27,483 nt of DNA from Candidatus Micrarchaeia archaeon (GTDB lineage: Archaea; Micrarchaeota; Micrarchaeia; Anstonellales; J096): positions 1 through 27,483 of the forward strand of contig JBGQMB010000009.1 of the NCBI GenBank assembly GCA_041500405.1, written 5' to 3'. Position numbers and translations under genes: made by a program. Positions 26,398 through 27,483 of this stretch are shown here, piece after piece. The first letter of the stretch is position 1, and every line of letters begins with the position of its first letter. A model generated the notes under the pieces. The model had not been told where the DNA came from, did no database searches, and was given only the letters and a program-made list of their open reading frames with translations.

Positions 26398-26964
26398 ATG
26401 GAAATAAAATTTAGGAAGCGTCTGAAGGACATGGATATAGAAGTGACTGGCAATGAAAATGAAGACGTATTGAAAAAATTTACTGACGTGCTGTCGGCTC
26501 TATATGCCTCCACCTCTGTACAAGTGCCTGTACAAGAGATTTCCGTAGAGCGTTTGCCTGCGTCGCCATCATCTCTAGGAACCAAGACCTTTGAAAGCGA
26601 TTTGGAGAACCTTGTTAGACGGGATGATGACGGGCCTAAACTGTTGTCGACCTTTTTATCTTCACTAGGTGCTGGACAGGTACAAATTCAGAAAAAGGCT
26701 TTTATCGTAATATCTTACCTGTTATCAAGAGCACCATATTCTGAAAAGGAACTTTCTTCAAATAGGATTGTAAGTTTGATGAAAGCCAGCGGAGTCAATA
26801 CAATCAATATACATAATGCGACAGTGCCGCTCACACAAGAGAACTACATTGTAAAAGTAAAAGGTGGCAAACTGTTTGATATTACAACTAAAGGAGAAAC
26901 ATATGCCGAATCAATAATAAGTGAAGCAAAAAAGTCGCTTCAAGATGGGGGTATATCCACATAA
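26398..26964 (+). CDS. Hypothetical protein, possible C-terminal winged-helix
   Basis: 188-aa AT-rich ORF ending L-x4-YI-x-K...FDITTKGETYAE (wing + ITxKG pattern). Confidence 0.65.
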   Translation: MEIKFRKRLKDMDIEVTGNENEDVLKKFTDVLSALYASTSVQVPVQEISVERLPASPSSLGTKTFESDLENLVRRDDDGPKLLSTFLSSLGAGQVQIQKKAFIVISYLLSRAPYSEKELSSNRIVSLMKASGVNTINIHNATVPLTQENYIVKVKGGKLFDITTKGETYAESIISEAKKSLQDGGIST

Positions 26965-26996
26965 CACGAAAAATTTTATGATTGAGGTGTTGAGAT

Positions 26997-27483
26997 ATGG
27001 GATTGAATGAACTTGAAAGGAAACTAGAGGAACATGAAAACAGGATAAGCGCCCTTGAAAAGCTTTTTTCCACGAACAGTCCAACAAAAGTGCAAACCTT
27101 AAAGAAATCGCCAAATCAACTTTTATCTTCTGAGGATATTGCAACATTGAAGCAAAAAATGGAATCGTTGGGCAATGTAAAAGGAAATCGCGCTGCTCTT
27201 GAAATTGTAGCATATCTCGAGAGAGAAAAGAAAATAGAAAACTTTGAATTAGATGACCTTGGCAAATGTTACAGTCTACTAAAAAAAGCCGGAGTAAAAA
27301 ATATTCCTCCAATAAGCAATATGGCACAACTTGTAAGGGATATATGTAATAACAATGGTTGGTTTATGAAAAATACAAAGACTAAGAAACGATTATTTAT
27401 GCTTGATAACTTTCATAAACTACGTACTGGCGGAGGAAGCAAAGATAAAAAGACTGAAATAATATCTGACAGGTCTGAGAGAC
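26997..27483 (+). CDS. Hypothetical protein, runs off the window
   Basis: SD GAGGTG, then MGLNELERKLEEHENRISALEKLF...; frame open to the window end by manual translation. Confidence 0.65.
   Translation, partial: MGLNELERKLEEHENRISALEKLFSTNSPTKVQTLKKSPNQLLSSEDIATLKQKMESLGNVKGNRAALEIVAYLEREKKIENFELDDLGKCYSLLKKAGVKNIPPISNMAQLVRDICNNNGWFMKNTKTKKRLFMLDNFHKLRTGGGSKDKKTEIISDRSER

Overview
Archaeal chromosomal window, most likely from a DPANN archaeon (Micrarchaeota-like). This placement is inferred from a divergent stand-alone 16S rRNA gene and the gene content, not from a database search. The housekeeping backbone contains taw1 (partial), MazG-like, CYTH, 16S rRNA with a bulge-helix-bulge processing stem, herA, two class III signal-peptide pilins, secF-secD-ppa, tRNA-Glu(UUC), rpoK (missed by the ORF track), rps15-rps3ae-nac-rpl15e-short rnp3, gltX, gatE, and KaiC-like ATPase-Roadblock-thyX. 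Three accessory blocks stand out. (1) 4.6-8.1 kb: four ankyrin-repeat genes plus a four-repeat zinc-ribbon gene. All five carry the same exactly spaced promoter (TTTTAA-N11-CAYAAT-N6-ATG) and basic N-termini, and the four ankyrin proteins share a C-terminal (F/L)-x2-F-x3-F-x2-C-x2-stop motif. This is a candidate undescribed co-regulated, tagged effector or adaptor system. (2) 19.6-21.5 kb: five tandem VirB2/TrbC-like pilin paralogues with patchwork DNA identity, suggesting segmental shuffling. (3) An AT-rich island beginning after thyX.
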